Under the pieces are notes generated by a model that saw nothing but the letters and a program-made list of their open reading frames with translations, was not told the origin of the DNA and searched no databases. Below are positions 25,201-36,744 of a stretch of DNA of 64,000 nucleotides, piece by piece (positions within the stretch are counted from its first letter, which is position 1; each line of letters starts with the position of its first letter). The position numbers and the translations under genes are program-made. Origin of the DNA: Amoebophrya sp. A120 (taxonomy: Eukaryota; Protista; Dinoflagellata); NCBI GenBank assembly GCA_905178155.1, contig CAJINV010000001.1:5474757-5538756 (forward strand). The letters are read 5' to 3'.

Positions 25201-25771
25201 GCTTCGCCTCCCAACGGATATCCTGCAGTTCGACGGCGCGGTTCAATTTGGAGCTGGAAACGCAAATGCAAAACGTCCAAGAGCAGAGTTTCGGCTCCCG
25301 CAGTTCCTGCTCGGCGCGCTGGTCGGTATGAAGTTCGGAATCAAGGACGATGAAAGCGAAAGCAGCAAAACGAAAAACAAGCGCCGGGAGACCAGTTCCG
25401 TCGCTTCGCAACTCCAGTTTGCCAGTACGTTCGAGAAAGCAGAGGTGGACTACTTGGGTTTCATCCACAGTCACGATGTGGAGCAAAAGGAGTTGATCGT
25501 TTTCGTCGAGGACCGGGTGCACACGCAGTACTTCAAAAACATGGAGCGACCGCGGTTACAGCCCCCGGATTACGTGAACGATGCCTGTTTGAGCATCGAG
25601 GACGCAACGCTGGTGCAAATTGTGGTGCCGAAGTGTTTGGGCAGTTACAGCTGGAACAACGTCGGGAACCGTGACGAAGCGTTCCTGCTGTCGCACGTGC
25701 TGGAGGGCGTGGAGACCGGGACGAAGGTGCGGTCCAGCAGGAATGACTTGAAACGAGCGAGGTTGGAATAA
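22239..25771 (+). CDS. NOL9: Polynucleotide 5'-hydroxyl kinase Nol9/Grc3 (Clp1-family P-loop), long acidic N-terminus
   Basis: Walker A GAKGQGKS, LDCDLGQPELTPPGFVSL, VVNLPGWITGLG. The ORFs at 22239 and 24338 join when the TIR element plus 5 nt (257 nt) is removed. Confidence 0.85.
24287..24538. mobile_element. 252-bp MITE-like element with ~60-bp TIRs and 5-bp TSD GAGTC, acting as an intron in NOL9
   Basis: TIRs 24287-24346 and 24479-24538 match at 50/60; GAGTC at 24282-24286 and 24539-24543; GTTACAAT occurs twice in each TIR. Confidence 0.92.
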
Positions 25772-26312
25772 GGAAGGGTGTCGGACTGACATTCAAAGTT
25801 TGAGAAAAATGAAGAACGGAGCACGGACGAAGTCGATGTCTAAACGTATTTCTGCTACTCTCATCTAACGACGTAAAAGCGCCCCGACCTCTGCAGTACA
25901 TTGCAATGTTCAAGGTATTGGTCTCGTGAAAGAAAAAGCTTCACGGCGGGAAGTGCTACCTGCCGACCCTGTAATCGAGTACAGCGTCTTGTTCTAGTTC
26001 GAAATAAGTACTTTTCATGGTCCTTCTTTTCCGGATCACAAATCTGAAACTTTGATCTGTGTGCGTCTTTTCGTGGCGGGTTGCCAGAGCTCCTTCATCG
26101 TCTTTTTCCTGGTACTTTTGTTTTTTCAAAGAAAAATATAGTCCGAAGCCGTTATGCCTTGTTTAGCACCGAACTCTCACCTTTCGAGAGCACAGATTCT
26201 GTCCTCCTCTTGAGCGGAAGAAGGTCTGTTTTTAACGTATATTTTCTTCTCATAGTTTTTTACATCAACAACCTTTCTTTTTTTACTTTAACAACCTTTC
26301 GTCACAGCAGCT

Positions 26313-27857
26313 ATGTCCGAGTATGCTTGGGTTCGCAACGTCTGCTTGGAAATCGCGTCCACACTTTGTGGTACACTTGGTAAGCAGCTTATGCGGATCG
26401 GAAAGCTCGTAGAGATGCGGGCAGATGCGGAACGTGAACAGGCAAATAAACTCGTCGACAAGGAAAGTGGCCTAGGCAACATCAAGCCCCCGATCGGAGG
26501 GAAAAACATCAGTTGCGAGAAACAAGTCTGCAAGAAGACCACGGGTTCTTTCGCGAGCAGCTGCAGTCCTTCCTCAATCAAAAGCTCTTCAAAGAAAATC
26601 ACAAAATCAACGTCTGATCTGTTGGAGAAGGATTCCGCTTTCCTCTTCGGGCGGTCCATTTGCATCCTCGGCGTCTTCATCAACGCTTTTATCGGGCCCT
26701 TTCTCGACGCCTTCGCGTACCAGGACGTCGCCCAGTCCCTCATCACCCCGCTGACGGGCCTGGGCGTCGTGTGGAACACGCTGCTCGCCCCCTGCACGCT
26801 CGGCGAGGTGCTGAGCGCGAAGCGGGTGATCGCGATCACGTTAATCGTCCTGGGCATCATTCTGACGGTGTGCTTCGCGGTGAAGGTGGAGAGCCGCACG
26901 TGGCAAACCACGGACGACATCAAGGAAATTTGGTACAGCTGGCGCACCCGATGCTACGTGGTCGCGTTCAGCGTGCTGATCGCCGGCAGCGTGCACCTGC
27001 AGCAGAGATTCGAGAACAAGCACGACTACCGCCGGGGCTTCCTCATCGGCTGCACGGCCGGCGCGCTTTCGGGCAACATGTTCTGCATGAAGCTGTTGAT
27101 GGAGCTGCTCGCGATTGGGTACAAGGCCGACCAGTTTCTGGGCATCTTTCGCTTTTTCGTCACCGACTTTGTCCTGATATCCTCCATCATCGGAGGCGCG
27201 CTGTTTTTTAGCATATCCAACGCCATCCTGCTGGCGATCGGAATGCGAAATTTTGAAGTTTTGTACATGGTGCCCATCTTCGAGGCATCGGCAATCATTC
27301 TCGACGGGCTCTCCGCCGCAGTCGTCATGCGCGACTTTGACCACCCCGTGGACTTGTGGCTACCGCTGCCAAACCCGGACTACGTTAGTGGTTCCGACGT
27401 TAATGCTGTAATACATGATGGAGGAGCCACGATGAACGATCCGAATGTAAGCGGCCAGAGCTCCACCTCTCGGTTTGGCGTCACGGTCAACGCCCACTGG
27501 CGGGGCGTGGGGTACATCTGCAGCATGTGCATCATAGTTTTGGGGCTGCGGTTGCTGGTACTCGCGCAAGGAAAGGTAGAGGCTGAACATAATTCCAGCT
27601 GTTCTAGTGCATCGAGTGGGAGTGAAGAGTATGAGGAAGACGAGGAGCACGGAATGGCAGCTAGCCGCGTAAGCAGTCCCTTCGCGAAGATGGACGACCT
27701 GCAAATTAGCAACTATGGGAGCGCGGGGAACAAGATGAGCCGAGGCTTTGGGGGTTCAGGGAAGAAACCGTTGGGCAGAAAAAATTTTGGTAGCCGCGAA
27801 TCACCGAACTATAAATGCACGACGCAACTGCCACCAGAAAATTCTGGACTACCCTAA
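26313..27857 (+). CDS. NIPA-like magnesium transporter (DMT superfamily)
   Basis: LCGTLGKQLMR, DAFAYQDVAQSLITPLTGLGVVWNTLLAPCTLGE, AIGMRNFEVLYMVPIF; about 9 hydrophobic segments. Confidence 0.8.
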   Translation: MSEYAWVRNVCLEIASTLCGTLGKQLMRIGKLVEMRADAEREQANKLVDKESGLGNIKPPIGGKNISCEKQVCKKTTGSFASSCSPSSIKSSSKKITKSTSDLLEKDSAFLFGRSICILGVFINAFIGPFLDAFAYQDVAQSLITPLTGLGVVWNTLLAPCTLGEVLSAKRVIAITLIVLGIILTVCFAVKVESRTWQTTDDIKEIWYSWRTRCYVVAFSVLIAGSVHLQQRFENKHDYRRGFLIGCTAGALSGNMFCMKLLMELLAIGYKADQFLGIFRFFVTDFVLISSIIGGALFFSISNAILLAIGMRNFEVLYMVPIFEASAIILDGLSAAVVMRDFDHPVDLWLPLPNPDYVSGSDVNAVIHDGGATMNDPNVSGQSSTSRFGVTVNAHWRGVGYICSMCIIVLGLRLLVLAQGKVEAEHNSSCSSASSGSEEYEEDEEHGMAASRVSSPFAKMDDLQISNYGSAGNKMSRGFGGSGKKPLGRKNFGSRESPNYKCTTQLPPENSGLP

Positions 27858-28721
27858 GAGAAAAAATTTTTACAAAAGAGAAAATACAGCGATGATCTTG
27901 ATCTACATCTAGTGTGTTTGGCATTCTTGTTTTCGAAGCTCGTTGCTTTCGTTTTGCTGAAGTCAATTCTCGCTCAGATGGAGAGTGAATTGCTATGACT
28001 TGTTGTACAAGTCGTCAACTTCTCGTGGCCTCTGCTTATTGATTTTTGCCTGAGTACTTCTACAATTTTTGAATGCATGAATCTAATTCAGCACAGCTGG
28101 TGCACATGCACGCAACCTGTAACTCAATAAATATGGTACGTTTTCGCTTTTCTGTCACTGTCTGCTCTTGAGAATAAATTCACTGTTGCCAAGACCACGC
28201 GCAGTTTTTCGTACATTTTACTGTGAAAAAATCGCCAAACTTCTGAAGTAACACTGAACATTTTTCCTACTGACAAAAAAGCAATTTTCCCGCTGCCACC
28301 GGTGTGCCTTTTGCACTGAAATGCACGCGGGAATGTTTTTCTGTTCTGCTGCATAATACGTGACACACTTGTTGCGTACTGTTGAAGTAAATTCAGCATC
28401 AAGGCAGCATAGTCGCCGCTTGAAGCAATACGTAGTGGTCACATGTTGTGTCATGACGTGATCAAATAAGTGCCATACCATCGTGACTCTATTTTTATAC
28501 ATACAGTTGCTCCCCGAGAGGAAATCGATCAGCTTCTTTATACATAGAGTTAAGTCAAAGGTATAAAAATGCTTATTTGCTTTCGTGCCTAGTCGTTGGA
28601 CTTGCGGCTCGATGAGTTTGTCTTCTTGATATCGTGGATCTTTAAGAGCACCGAGGACCAGTTTGGCATTATTGTGGAGACTCGAAAGAACAGCATTCCG
28701 TTCCGTTGGTCCCGACGGAAG

Positions 28722-30766
28722 ATGCGGCACTTTTGCGCTGCACGTTCCGTCAGGCACGCGGCGTTCGCGGCTTCCGCTGTCCTGGGATTGGGCTCTCTCT
28801 TCGGATCTGCGGAAGCACGTCGAGAAGACATGTGTATCTATATCTTTAGCTTTCTTCTTGTGTTAGTGTTTCTTGCCTTTGGCTTCATTGCCACACCATC
28901 ATCTTCCGTCTGCTTTTGCTAGCATACCAGTCTGCGGTAAGATGACATTTGTTTCCTTGCAGCAGGGATTTCGTTCGCATGCACCAGTTTTGCGCGATAG
29001 ATTAGTCGTGTTAGCTCCTGCAGCGTGACAGATGACTTTTGGTCTGTGTAAGTCCTGCAAAAAAAAAAAAAAACGATTGAAAAAATCAGGCGCAGTGTCG
29101 GTTGGTACGTCCGTTCTCTTTGGGTCTACGGTTGGCAGGAGAGACTTTGGTATGTAGCAGCTTTATTTGTTTGATTTCCGTTTCTTTCACGCTTGCAATC
29201 TGGAACTTTTCGTGGAGTTTTTCGAAGGATCATTTTTCTTCACTATACGTAAAGAAATTATATTCGCTGTTGTTCATGTGCTTACGTAAGCGTATGTGTG
29301 TAAGCTCGGTGGCTTGATATAAACCCGTTCTATCTGAAACAGCAACGGCAGTACAAGACCGGAACGTTGATGCGGATGAGACCGCGTTAGACAACGCCGA
29401 GACTGACAAGGTCGACGAAGCCTTTCCACCTAACGCGGAAACCGATCGTGTCCCCCCCCCCGGTGCTTTCGGCAATTCAGAGGAAGGACAGCGGGATGAA
29501 AACAAGCTCACTAATGCTACGACGCCTTTGCGGCCTGTCGGAGCGACAGCCCGCATCACAAAAGTGTTGGACGAGGACCTGGCGCAGGTTCCACAGGAGG
29601 ACTTCGCCTTGCTGCGCCTCAAACTGAACAATGAGACACTGCGTCGGGCTGGAGCAGACACAGACGGCAATAACGTCGTCGACGATGACGAAAAAAACGA
29701 ATTTTGCGACACCTTTTTTTTTCCGACCCACAGCAGTGATGGGCTATACGATCCAGGTGTAGCTCTGGTCGAGGTTACGTCCAAGGGCGTCGACGAAGCG
29801 GTCAGCAATCCGGTTTCGCCCACTGGTGGAGACTCTAGCGGGAAGGCGGTTACCTTTCTCGAGCCCCGCGTGAACAACAATGCGGAAATCAGTCAAGCGT
29901 GCCTTGAAGGACGCAGCGGTTCTTTCGGGCATTATGCACCGGCGCATCATCAACATCATCTCCCGGGCCATACAGGAGGACACGGCAGTCCGCATGGCCA
30001 TGTGGGTTCTTCTGGGCATCATCTTCCTCCACCGCCGCCGGACCGTACAGTGCTCGGTTCAGGCTATGAGGGGGGACACTACGGCGTCGGTCGTGCTCCG
30101 CATCAAAAACCACCGGGTGCCGCTGGTCATGGCGGTCCGGATTCGGAAGACTCAGACGAAGACGAACACGAACACGAGGAATACTCAGACGAGGAGGTGT
30201 TAGAGAAAAACGCTGAGAACGCGAACGATGATTTACAAAAGCGAGTGCTGCAAGATCATCGGTTCTCCCATCCGGGGGCAACAGAAGTGCCGGGCTACCG
30301 CTTTCCGAGTTGGCTCAAGAAGGCAGCCCAAGCCTTCCAGAAAAAATGGCTGGAAGAGCGGAGCAAGTCTTGGCTGCACTGTTTGTTCGGTATTCTTTAC
30401 GGATTCGCTTTGGAGCTACTGCTTCTTGTTTTCTAGGTTGATTGCAAATGCTTAGCATCAGAGACGAGGACGTGCACACTGCAGCGGGAGAGAACCTAGT
30501 CAAAAACCACAGGTGACCGCCTTTGGAAGTCGTGGCGTGTCTACTGGAACATCGCGTTGCCCGATGACATCAAAAGTAAAATTGTGGTTGGCGGAGCCGT
30601 CATGTTACCCATGTCCGTCCTGGAAAAATTTGCTCATGAGAACGGTGATGCGGTTGCGGAGATGAGAAAGTCGTGGACGCAACGCAGATTTGGGCCAAAC
30701 GGAAATTTGATTTGCTTTGGGCCAGAGGAGGGTAAACACGGCGCTGGCGCGCCATGCAAAAAGTAA
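28722..30766 (+). CDS. Hypothetical secreted protein with His/Gly/Pro-rich and acidic segments; several short 5' exons
   Basis: Well-supported exons 29343-30389 and 30513-30766 (GT-AG, in frame: LFG|DRLWK). Tentative 5' exons 28722-28833, 28923-28936, 29032-29047, 29090-29149 give an open, signal-peptide-like frame. Confidence 0.5.
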
Positions 30767-30906
30767 CATCACCAGAAACTACATGGTAAAAATGATCTAT
30801 CTACGCACGAAAAAAGTACGCAGAAAAGGCTAGACTCATCAGGAGAAATAAAAGTAAGTCACTCACAGGCTCAATATTTTTGTGTACTGATAGGTTTTTC
30901 TTTTTG

Positions 30907-30962
30907 AGTTTCTCTCGCCCAGACAGTTTCTCTCGCCCAGACAGTATCTCTCGCCCAGACAG
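30907..30962. repeat. 18-bp tandem repeat, 3 copies (AGTTTCTCTCGCCCAGAC)
   Basis: Directly visible; third copy has one substitution. Confidence 0.9.
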
Positions 30963-31380
30963 ATAGAGGCGAGCACGCCTTTTGTTTTTGAGCTTCTCAT
31001 GCGAACCGCACGTATTAAAAGCATTTCCACTTGATGTCCCTGCGACATTGCCAAAACGCAAAGGCAACAACTCACATCATGACTGCCAAAGGCTGGCCAC
31101 TCTGGGCACGTTTCTTTGCGGGCTTCAATATACCGTGAGATGAACCACTAATAGACTGCAGCGCAAATAATGCAGTGACCGCTGCACCTCTGTTCTTGCG
31201 GGAAAACGAGGATGAGGAATACCATATCACAAGCATATTTTCATCCCTGCACATCGCAAGAGCGGGGCGAGACCCGAGCTGCCTGGCGCGTTGAAATGTT
31301 GCCGGCCGGGAAAAACTGATGTGCTTTTGTTTTCGTTTGCTCCAGTATTTGTGTAAAGAATTGTGGAACTGGAACGCCAA

Positions 31381-32223
31381 ATGACGATCATGCTCTCAAC
31401 CGCTCCCGCGGATCGCGACAAAGTTCCAAACCTCGACTCTGGGACCTACAACGCCTGGGTCCCTACCGATTCCAGTCGGAGCAGCAGCAGTGGGGTTTCC
31501 AATCGAGATGACGACGAAACAAAGAAGAGAAGCGGAGACAAGAAGCTGGCCAGTGCTTATTCCGATTCCACGAACGAGGCCGAAGAAAGTTACGTCTTGG
31601 ACTTGTACACCGGGACTTCGCTTCCCAGAGTGATGTTTGAGGTACCAATGCCATCATCTCCGAGTAGCGATGAACCAGCTCCGAGCGCAGTGGCAACGCC
31701 ATCAACCGGCGCGGATAGTATGAGAGGTATACCAGGTTCGAGCAGCGAACTTATTGACGATATAAGCAACAGAGGTCCGGAAGTTTACCTGAATCTCTAC
31801 CATGTGCGTTTAAACAGCGGCCTTGGCTTCTCGGTTTTGAATCGGTTGGTCAACGCTTTCTCCTCGTCGGCCACCGCACACGAGCCGTTCGGTGTGTACC
31901 ACGTCGGGGTCGAGCTGTTCGATATGGAATGGCAGTACGCGCACCGCCCGGTGGGATGTGGGATTTTTTGCCTGAAGCCGCGAGTATCTCACCATCACAC
32001 GTACTACCGCTCCATCTACCTCGGGAAGGCGAAAGGTGGTAGCTTCGCCACCAAGAAGGATGTCATTGCGAGAATCAAGCTTTTGCAGAAGAATTGGCCC
32101 GGGCCTGAGTACCACACGAGGACCAAAAATTGCTTGGACTTTGCCCGAGTTTTGACTGCTGAGTTGGGTGTAGAAGATTGCCTGGAAAAGCTCGCTGATT
32201 ATGCCCGCTGGTGGCCTTTTTGA
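31381..32223 (+). CDS. PPPDE/DeSI family cysteine peptidase (desumoylating isopeptidase-like)
   Basis: VYLNLYH...GVYHVGVELFDMEWQY (catalytic His) and YHTRTKNCLDFA (catalytic Cys). Confidence 0.85.
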   Translation: MTIMLSTAPADRDKVPNLDSGTYNAWVPTDSSRSSSSGVSNRDDDETKKRSGDKKLASAYSDSTNEAEESYVLDLYTGTSLPRVMFEVPMPSSPSSDEPAPSAVATPSTGADSMRGIPGSSSELIDDISNRGPEVYLNLYHVRLNSGLGFSVLNRLVNAFSSSATAHEPFGVYHVGVELFDMEWQYAHRPVGCGIFCLKPRVSHHHTYYRSIYLGKAKGGSFATKKDVIARIKLLQKNWPGPEYHTRTKNCLDFARVLTAELGVEDCLEKLADYARWWPF

Positions 32224-32455
32224 ACATTTGTTGTGTAGTCCGCCGAAAGGAGGATGGAAGACAACTTGAATTGATTCTTGTTCACACATGTTTCGGCGGT
32301 ATACGTAGAAACATAAGTACCGTTTTGTGGAATGGTTGAGCTTTTTGTAGCTTAAAAATAAACTGCCGTCCTGGTCTTTCGTTCGTCAACTGTCATCCCT
32401 ACATCAGATCCATGCTCAGAGTGAGGAATTCTCCACGTATTTTTTCTCCTTCAAG

Positions 32456-34399
32456 ATGGTGCAGCTCCGCCCAAGCAGTTGCGTTTTGCACAAGTCCAGA
32501 GCGAAAGCTCGCACTTTCTCGTCCACAGCAGCGGTTCCCCGTATCTCTCCAGCAAGTGCTATACCGGTTGCGTCGTTTCGGGAGGCGCAGTCGGGTCAGA
32601 ACGCGTGCTCCAGGGAACGGAGCCAGGCATGCTCGGCAGATCGTTCAGAGCTACTTCGACGAATCTTCGACGCTGTTCCGGCGCCCCCTGATGCCAGAAG
32701 GCTAACGGAATTGGCAACCGACACGGGAGGTGCAGAGAGCCCAGGTGAACCGCTACCACTGCCTCCAGAATTGCGTGACCTGATTTCGACAGAAATGGAT
32801 GCTGAAGCATCCGCAAAAGACCTGCTTCTGCCTTCCCCGTCCGAAGCCGAAAAGACCGATGTGCACAAAGACCTGGAAGTGCCCGAGAGTATGTACCACG
32901 CCGCTCTAAACGCAGAGCTCGTTATGAGTTACGAAAATGTCGTTCGCCACATTGACGAGCCAACTGCAGTGCCTTTATTCGCGAGCGATGTGTGCGTCTT
33001 GCTGGAGCATTTCAGGTTGATTGGACGCAAGTTGCCAAAGTTCATCCGGCGACATTTCTACGACAAAATGTCGTTTGACCGATTCTGCATCGACAGTTTG
33101 AGCAAATTTTGCGAATTCGGTTCTCCTTGGATGGTGTGCAAACGCAGAGCCGATATAGCGAGACGCGTAATAGAGCTCTTGGGTACAACAACTGCGAGCC
33201 GGGATGTGCGAATAGACGAGCCAGCTGCGGTCCGTCTCAATTCTCTTCTGCAGCTACACAAAGCTTTGAGCAGTCCGGTCGTCGGTCCGCGGAAAGCAAA
33301 CGTCCTCAGCGTCGCCGAACGGGAGGGCGTACGGGAGGCCCGCGGGAAATTGCTTCAGAATTTACAGGGATTGGTAGAGGAAAACAGCACGAAAAGTCAT
33401 CAGGATTTTCCGATCTCGGACTTAGTTTTGGGCGTTGAAGCTATGGCGCAAGAGCGTGACATTACGCTTCGACCATGGGCAACGTCCCTGCTCGCGTATT
33501 TTCTGCAGGAACTAATTCGGAAGGACACAGCGGCCCGTGCTGTTCTCGCCTCCGCCCGAAAAAAATCACCGGAAACCTGCGCGCAACAGGAGCAGTTTTT
33601 AGCTTCTGACACCGACATGGAATTACCGCACGCTCTCGTCAGCAAAGAATTTGCAAGCGTTTGCGAAAGTTTGACGCGGGCAGGACCCAGCGGGACAAAT
33701 GCGGAACGGTGGGAGTTAACCGCGCTAGTCGACGTCTCTCTGGCAGACGCAGAAAGTGCTTCTTCTGAAGTGTACCACCAAAAGAACCTCTCGACAACCT
33801 CTCTATTGCAGTGGGCGACAAATACTGCGGATGATCTTTTGAGGAACCAGACCACGATTAACGTGACAACGCCAGCAAACCTAGCCTCCATTCTCCGTTT
33901 TCTGTCCACCTTGAGTGCAATGCATGAATCAGACGCTCGCACGGATCACTCCCAAACTGCTGTTTCCCTCGTTTCTGTATTCGAGACCGCTTCTTCACTC
34001 GCGCAGAGAAAAATGGCCGAGTTCAGCTTTCCCTCGCTGGTAGAAACAGTGTCGGCCTTTGCTCGCATACAGCATCGCGACCAGTTCTTGCTCTCGAGGC
34101 TCATGCTGCAACTACCGCGCCTTGGGGAGACGAAAGGCGCCTCGGTGACGCAGTTGCGGTTGCTACTGTCGGCAGTGCAGAAGTTGCAATGGAGGAGCCC
34201 TGCTTTCGAGCAGTTGGTATCCGAGCTAGTGCTGGAGCGAACCTACCAAAAGGCCACTGCTGCGGAAAGAAAGGTTCGAAAAGAGGTGAGGCCTGCGCAG
34301 GAGGAAATGTGGACCGGTGCCGCGGTTCCTCGGTGGCGACGCCCTGAAAAGCGGCCGCTATGGGCTCGAAAAAGGACCACAAGCGTACAGTTATGTTGA
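32456..34399 (+). CDS. Hypothetical helical-repeat protein, possibly mitochondrial RNA-binding (FASTK/OPR/HPR-like)
   Basis: R/S-rich transit-peptide-like N-terminus; C-terminal repeats FSFPSLVETVSAFARIQHRD and ASVTQLRLLLSAVQKLQWRS. Confidence 0.5.
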   Translation: MVQLRPSSCVLHKSRAKARTFSSTAAVPRISPASAIPVASFREAQSGQNACSRERSQACSADRSELLRRIFDAVPAPPDARRLTELATDTGGAESPGEPLPLPPELRDLISTEMDAEASAKDLLLPSPSEAEKTDVHKDLEVPESMYHAALNAELVMSYENVVRHIDEPTAVPLFASDVCVLLEHFRLIGRKLPKFIRRHFYDKMSFDRFCIDSLSKFCEFGSPWMVCKRRADIARRVIELLGTTTASRDVRIDEPAAVRLNSLLQLHKALSSPVVGPRKANVLSVAEREGVREARGKLLQNLQGLVEENSTKSHQDFPISDLVLGVEAMAQERDITLRPWATSLLAYFLQELIRKDTAARAVLASARKKSPETCAQQEQFLASDTDMELPHALVSKEFASVCESLTRAGPSGTNAERWELTALVDVSLADAESASSEVYHQKNLSTTSLLQWATNTADDLLRNQTTINVTTPANLASILRFLSTLSAMHESDARTDHSQTAVSLVSVFETASSLAQRKMAEFSFPSLVETVSAFARIQHRDQFLLSRLMLQLPRLGETKGASVTQLRLLLSAVQKLQWRSPAFEQLVSELVLERTYQKATAAERKVRKEVRPAQEEMWTGAAVPRWRRPEKRPLWARKRTTSVQLC

Positions 34400-34704
34400 C
34401 CGTGCAATCATGCAGAAGTAGATCTAGCAAAAACAGTCTGGTAGAAGCAGATGAAACGTCGCCACCGTCAAGATGAAGCGATTACGAGCCACGAGTAGGT
34501 GTTCGCATACACGACCAGCTCCTGTCCTGCAGAGGCAATCCTTGCCATAAAAAGGACCGAGAGAGGAAAGCGGAAGTCACTTTTTTTGTTTATCTCGTTT
34601 TTTTTTTCGTTTTCGACCATTTCAGGTTCGGACTTGGAAAGGTAGAGTTGCCCTCACCCTAGGTAGTGCTGTCCAATCACGAAAGTAGAAAAGCTAAAAA
34701 AAAG

Positions 34705-35364
34705 ATGCCTCCTGCAGCAGATGCTGGTCGTTGTCCTTCCCAGGACCTCGATGGGGACGTTCCTGGTTCACATGTGGGCCTAATCAGCGACGTGGTGAAG
34801 AAATTTCTTGGATCGACACATCGCTTCGATTTGCGTCCCTGTTGCTTGCTTGCGTTGGACAGCGATACTTTGCGTTGGACAGCGCTCCAAGAAGAGGAAG
34901 AGCTTGGCGTCGTTCAGCCGAGACCGTACTGCGCAGTGACGTGCTACACACAGGCCGTGAAGCTGCCGGGAAGCTCTTCGTACAAGTACGAAACGCTTTA
35001 TGTTGGTCATGAGTTTCCGGCGCATTTTCTGAGGCGTCGGGCTCGGCTTGAACATATACTCCTCAATTGCAACAATGATCGGCAACAGACTTGGTTTCTT
35101 CCTGAGTCTTATGACCTGCGGATAGAGCTCGAAAAGCACAAGAAAAATGTTGCGTTTACAACCGCGAAAGCGTGTGCAATTTGGTTGATGGACACCATTG
35201 GCATTGGCCGCGGGGGGCACCACTTGAAGCTAATTGTAACGGAGCTTGCTACGAAGAGGCTACTATTGGCGTTGGACTCCGGAAGAACCACTACCAAGAC
35301 TCTCTCGCGTGAGAGCGTAATGGATTACATTGAACTCATTGACGCAACGCGTGGTATACACTAG
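34705..35364 (+). CDS. Hypothetical protein (219 aa)
   Basis: ORF with AAGATG start context; no family recognised. Confidence 0.5.
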   Translation: MPPAADAGRCPSQDLDGDVPGSHVGLISDVVKKFLGSTHRFDLRPCCLLALDSDTLRWTALQEEEELGVVQPRPYCAVTCYTQAVKLPGSSSYKYETLYVGHEFPAHFLRRRARLEHILLNCNNDRQQTWFLPESYDLRIELEKHKKNVAFTTAKACAIWLMDTIGIGRGGHHLKLIVTELATKRLLLALDSGRTTTKTLSRESVMDYIELIDATRGIH

Positions 35365-35744
35365 TTTAAAGCGACGACCCGAAGTGCTCGTTCGTAGTCC
35401 GTCGCGTGCGGTTCATTCTCATTGACTTGCTAAAGTTTTTATGAGGTTTGTCCTCGTTCATCTGGTCTTTCGATCAAAGCAGGTCGCACAAAATGTTTGT
35501 TGTCCTAGTGACGATGTTCGTTTTCTAGCTTCATGGTGTCTAATGCGAATGTGCTTCTTGGGACCGAGGGAGGAGGACAGAGTGCCTTCACGAGTGTCTT
35601 TTCTTTTGACTTTCTCGTTCTCCTTTTATTTTTCCGTATTCTGTTTCCGCAAAAAGAAAAACACCAACAAAAAGCACGCAAAGCTGTAACTGCGTCGTAA
35701 GGAGAACGACCTTCTTCACCCTCTTTTCCCCAAACATTACAACC

Positions 35745-36254
35745 ATGACCACGACCGCTCCCTCCTGGCTGGCTGATATCTTCAGCAAGCTGACCGACTA
35801 CCAGGCCTGGAAGGCGATGCTGAGCAAGGAGCCGTGGCCCAGTGTTTTGCTCGCGGCCGCCCTCTTGCTCTTCATTATGGCGCCGAACTACATGTTCCAA
35901 GTTTCCGCCGCGGACGAGAAGCGGATGGAGGAAATCCGGGAGCAGTTTCAGAAGTCAAAATTCGCGAAGGATTTGAAACTGGACGAAAAGTACGGGCAGT
36001 TTAGAAGGAACCGCGAGGTTTTCACGCCGAGTTCCAATGCTAATGCAGCGATCGAAAGAAGTCAAGACTACCGGGTGAAGCAGCAGGCACAAACGTCGAC
36101 TGGAAGCAAGAAGGATGACAGCCGGGGAAAACAAAAGGAAGCAAGCAGTACTTCTACGAGTGTGATGCCGTCGAAAGTAAGCGAGTTGAAAAATGCGAAG
36201 CCAGATTCCGATGGAACGCGCCTCCGGGCAAGTGCACTGCCCAAGGTGGACTGA
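35745..36254 (+). CDS. Small single-pass membrane protein
   Basis: 169-aa ORF with GC-rich codon usage and one TM (VLLAAALLLFIMA). Confidence 0.65.
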   Translation: MTTTAPSWLADIFSKLTDYQAWKAMLSKEPWPSVLLAAALLLFIMAPNYMFQVSAADEKRMEEIREQFQKSKFAKDLKLDEKYGQFRRNREVFTPSSNANAAIERSQDYRVKQQAQTSTGSKKDDSRGKQKEASSTSTSVMPSKVSELKNAKPDSDGTRLRASALPKVD

Positions 36255-36744
36255 CGCAAATAAGTACTTTGCTGCTTGCAGATGCGGTGTAAGCCTAAGC
36301 TACATCACTCCGCGAACTACGAAACCTCGAAGAGAATCGCTACATCATAGTATCGACGAGCTAAGAAGTATGATTCAACTTGTCCTGCGAGTAGAGAGGT
36401 GCAGGTTTGCCGGTGGTGTTCACCGCAATAAGTTTGCAGAATAGTACACAAACCGGCACAGAAGATCTTTGCCACCACGTTTCGCCTGATAGGAAAGATC
36501 CCGCATTGCCTCGGCTTTCTCAACAGGAACTGTGACGACGGCCATAATTCTGCATACCAGCGGGTCCGAATACTTCTTTTTGTTTCAGATGTCCGGTCGC
36601 AGCCCATTTTGAGTTTTTGTTTTGTTCGAAACCGACGAATTTGTGAAGTTCCCCAACATTTTTCACTGACTTTTACGATCGACCCCCGTGAATGAGAACC
36701 CTACTCTTGTTAGACGTACCTTGTGTGTAGGTTCTTGTTCAAAA

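Noticed and set aside
30310-30319. TTGGCTCAAG resembling the 3' end of the dinoflagellate spliced leader
   Set aside because: Only a 10-nt match inside a coding exon; no full DCCGTAGCCATTTTGGCTCAAG was seen.
32412-32705. Overlapping upstream ORF with transit-peptide-like start
   Set aside because: Short, in a different frame from the 647-aa ORF, and no evidence of a join.
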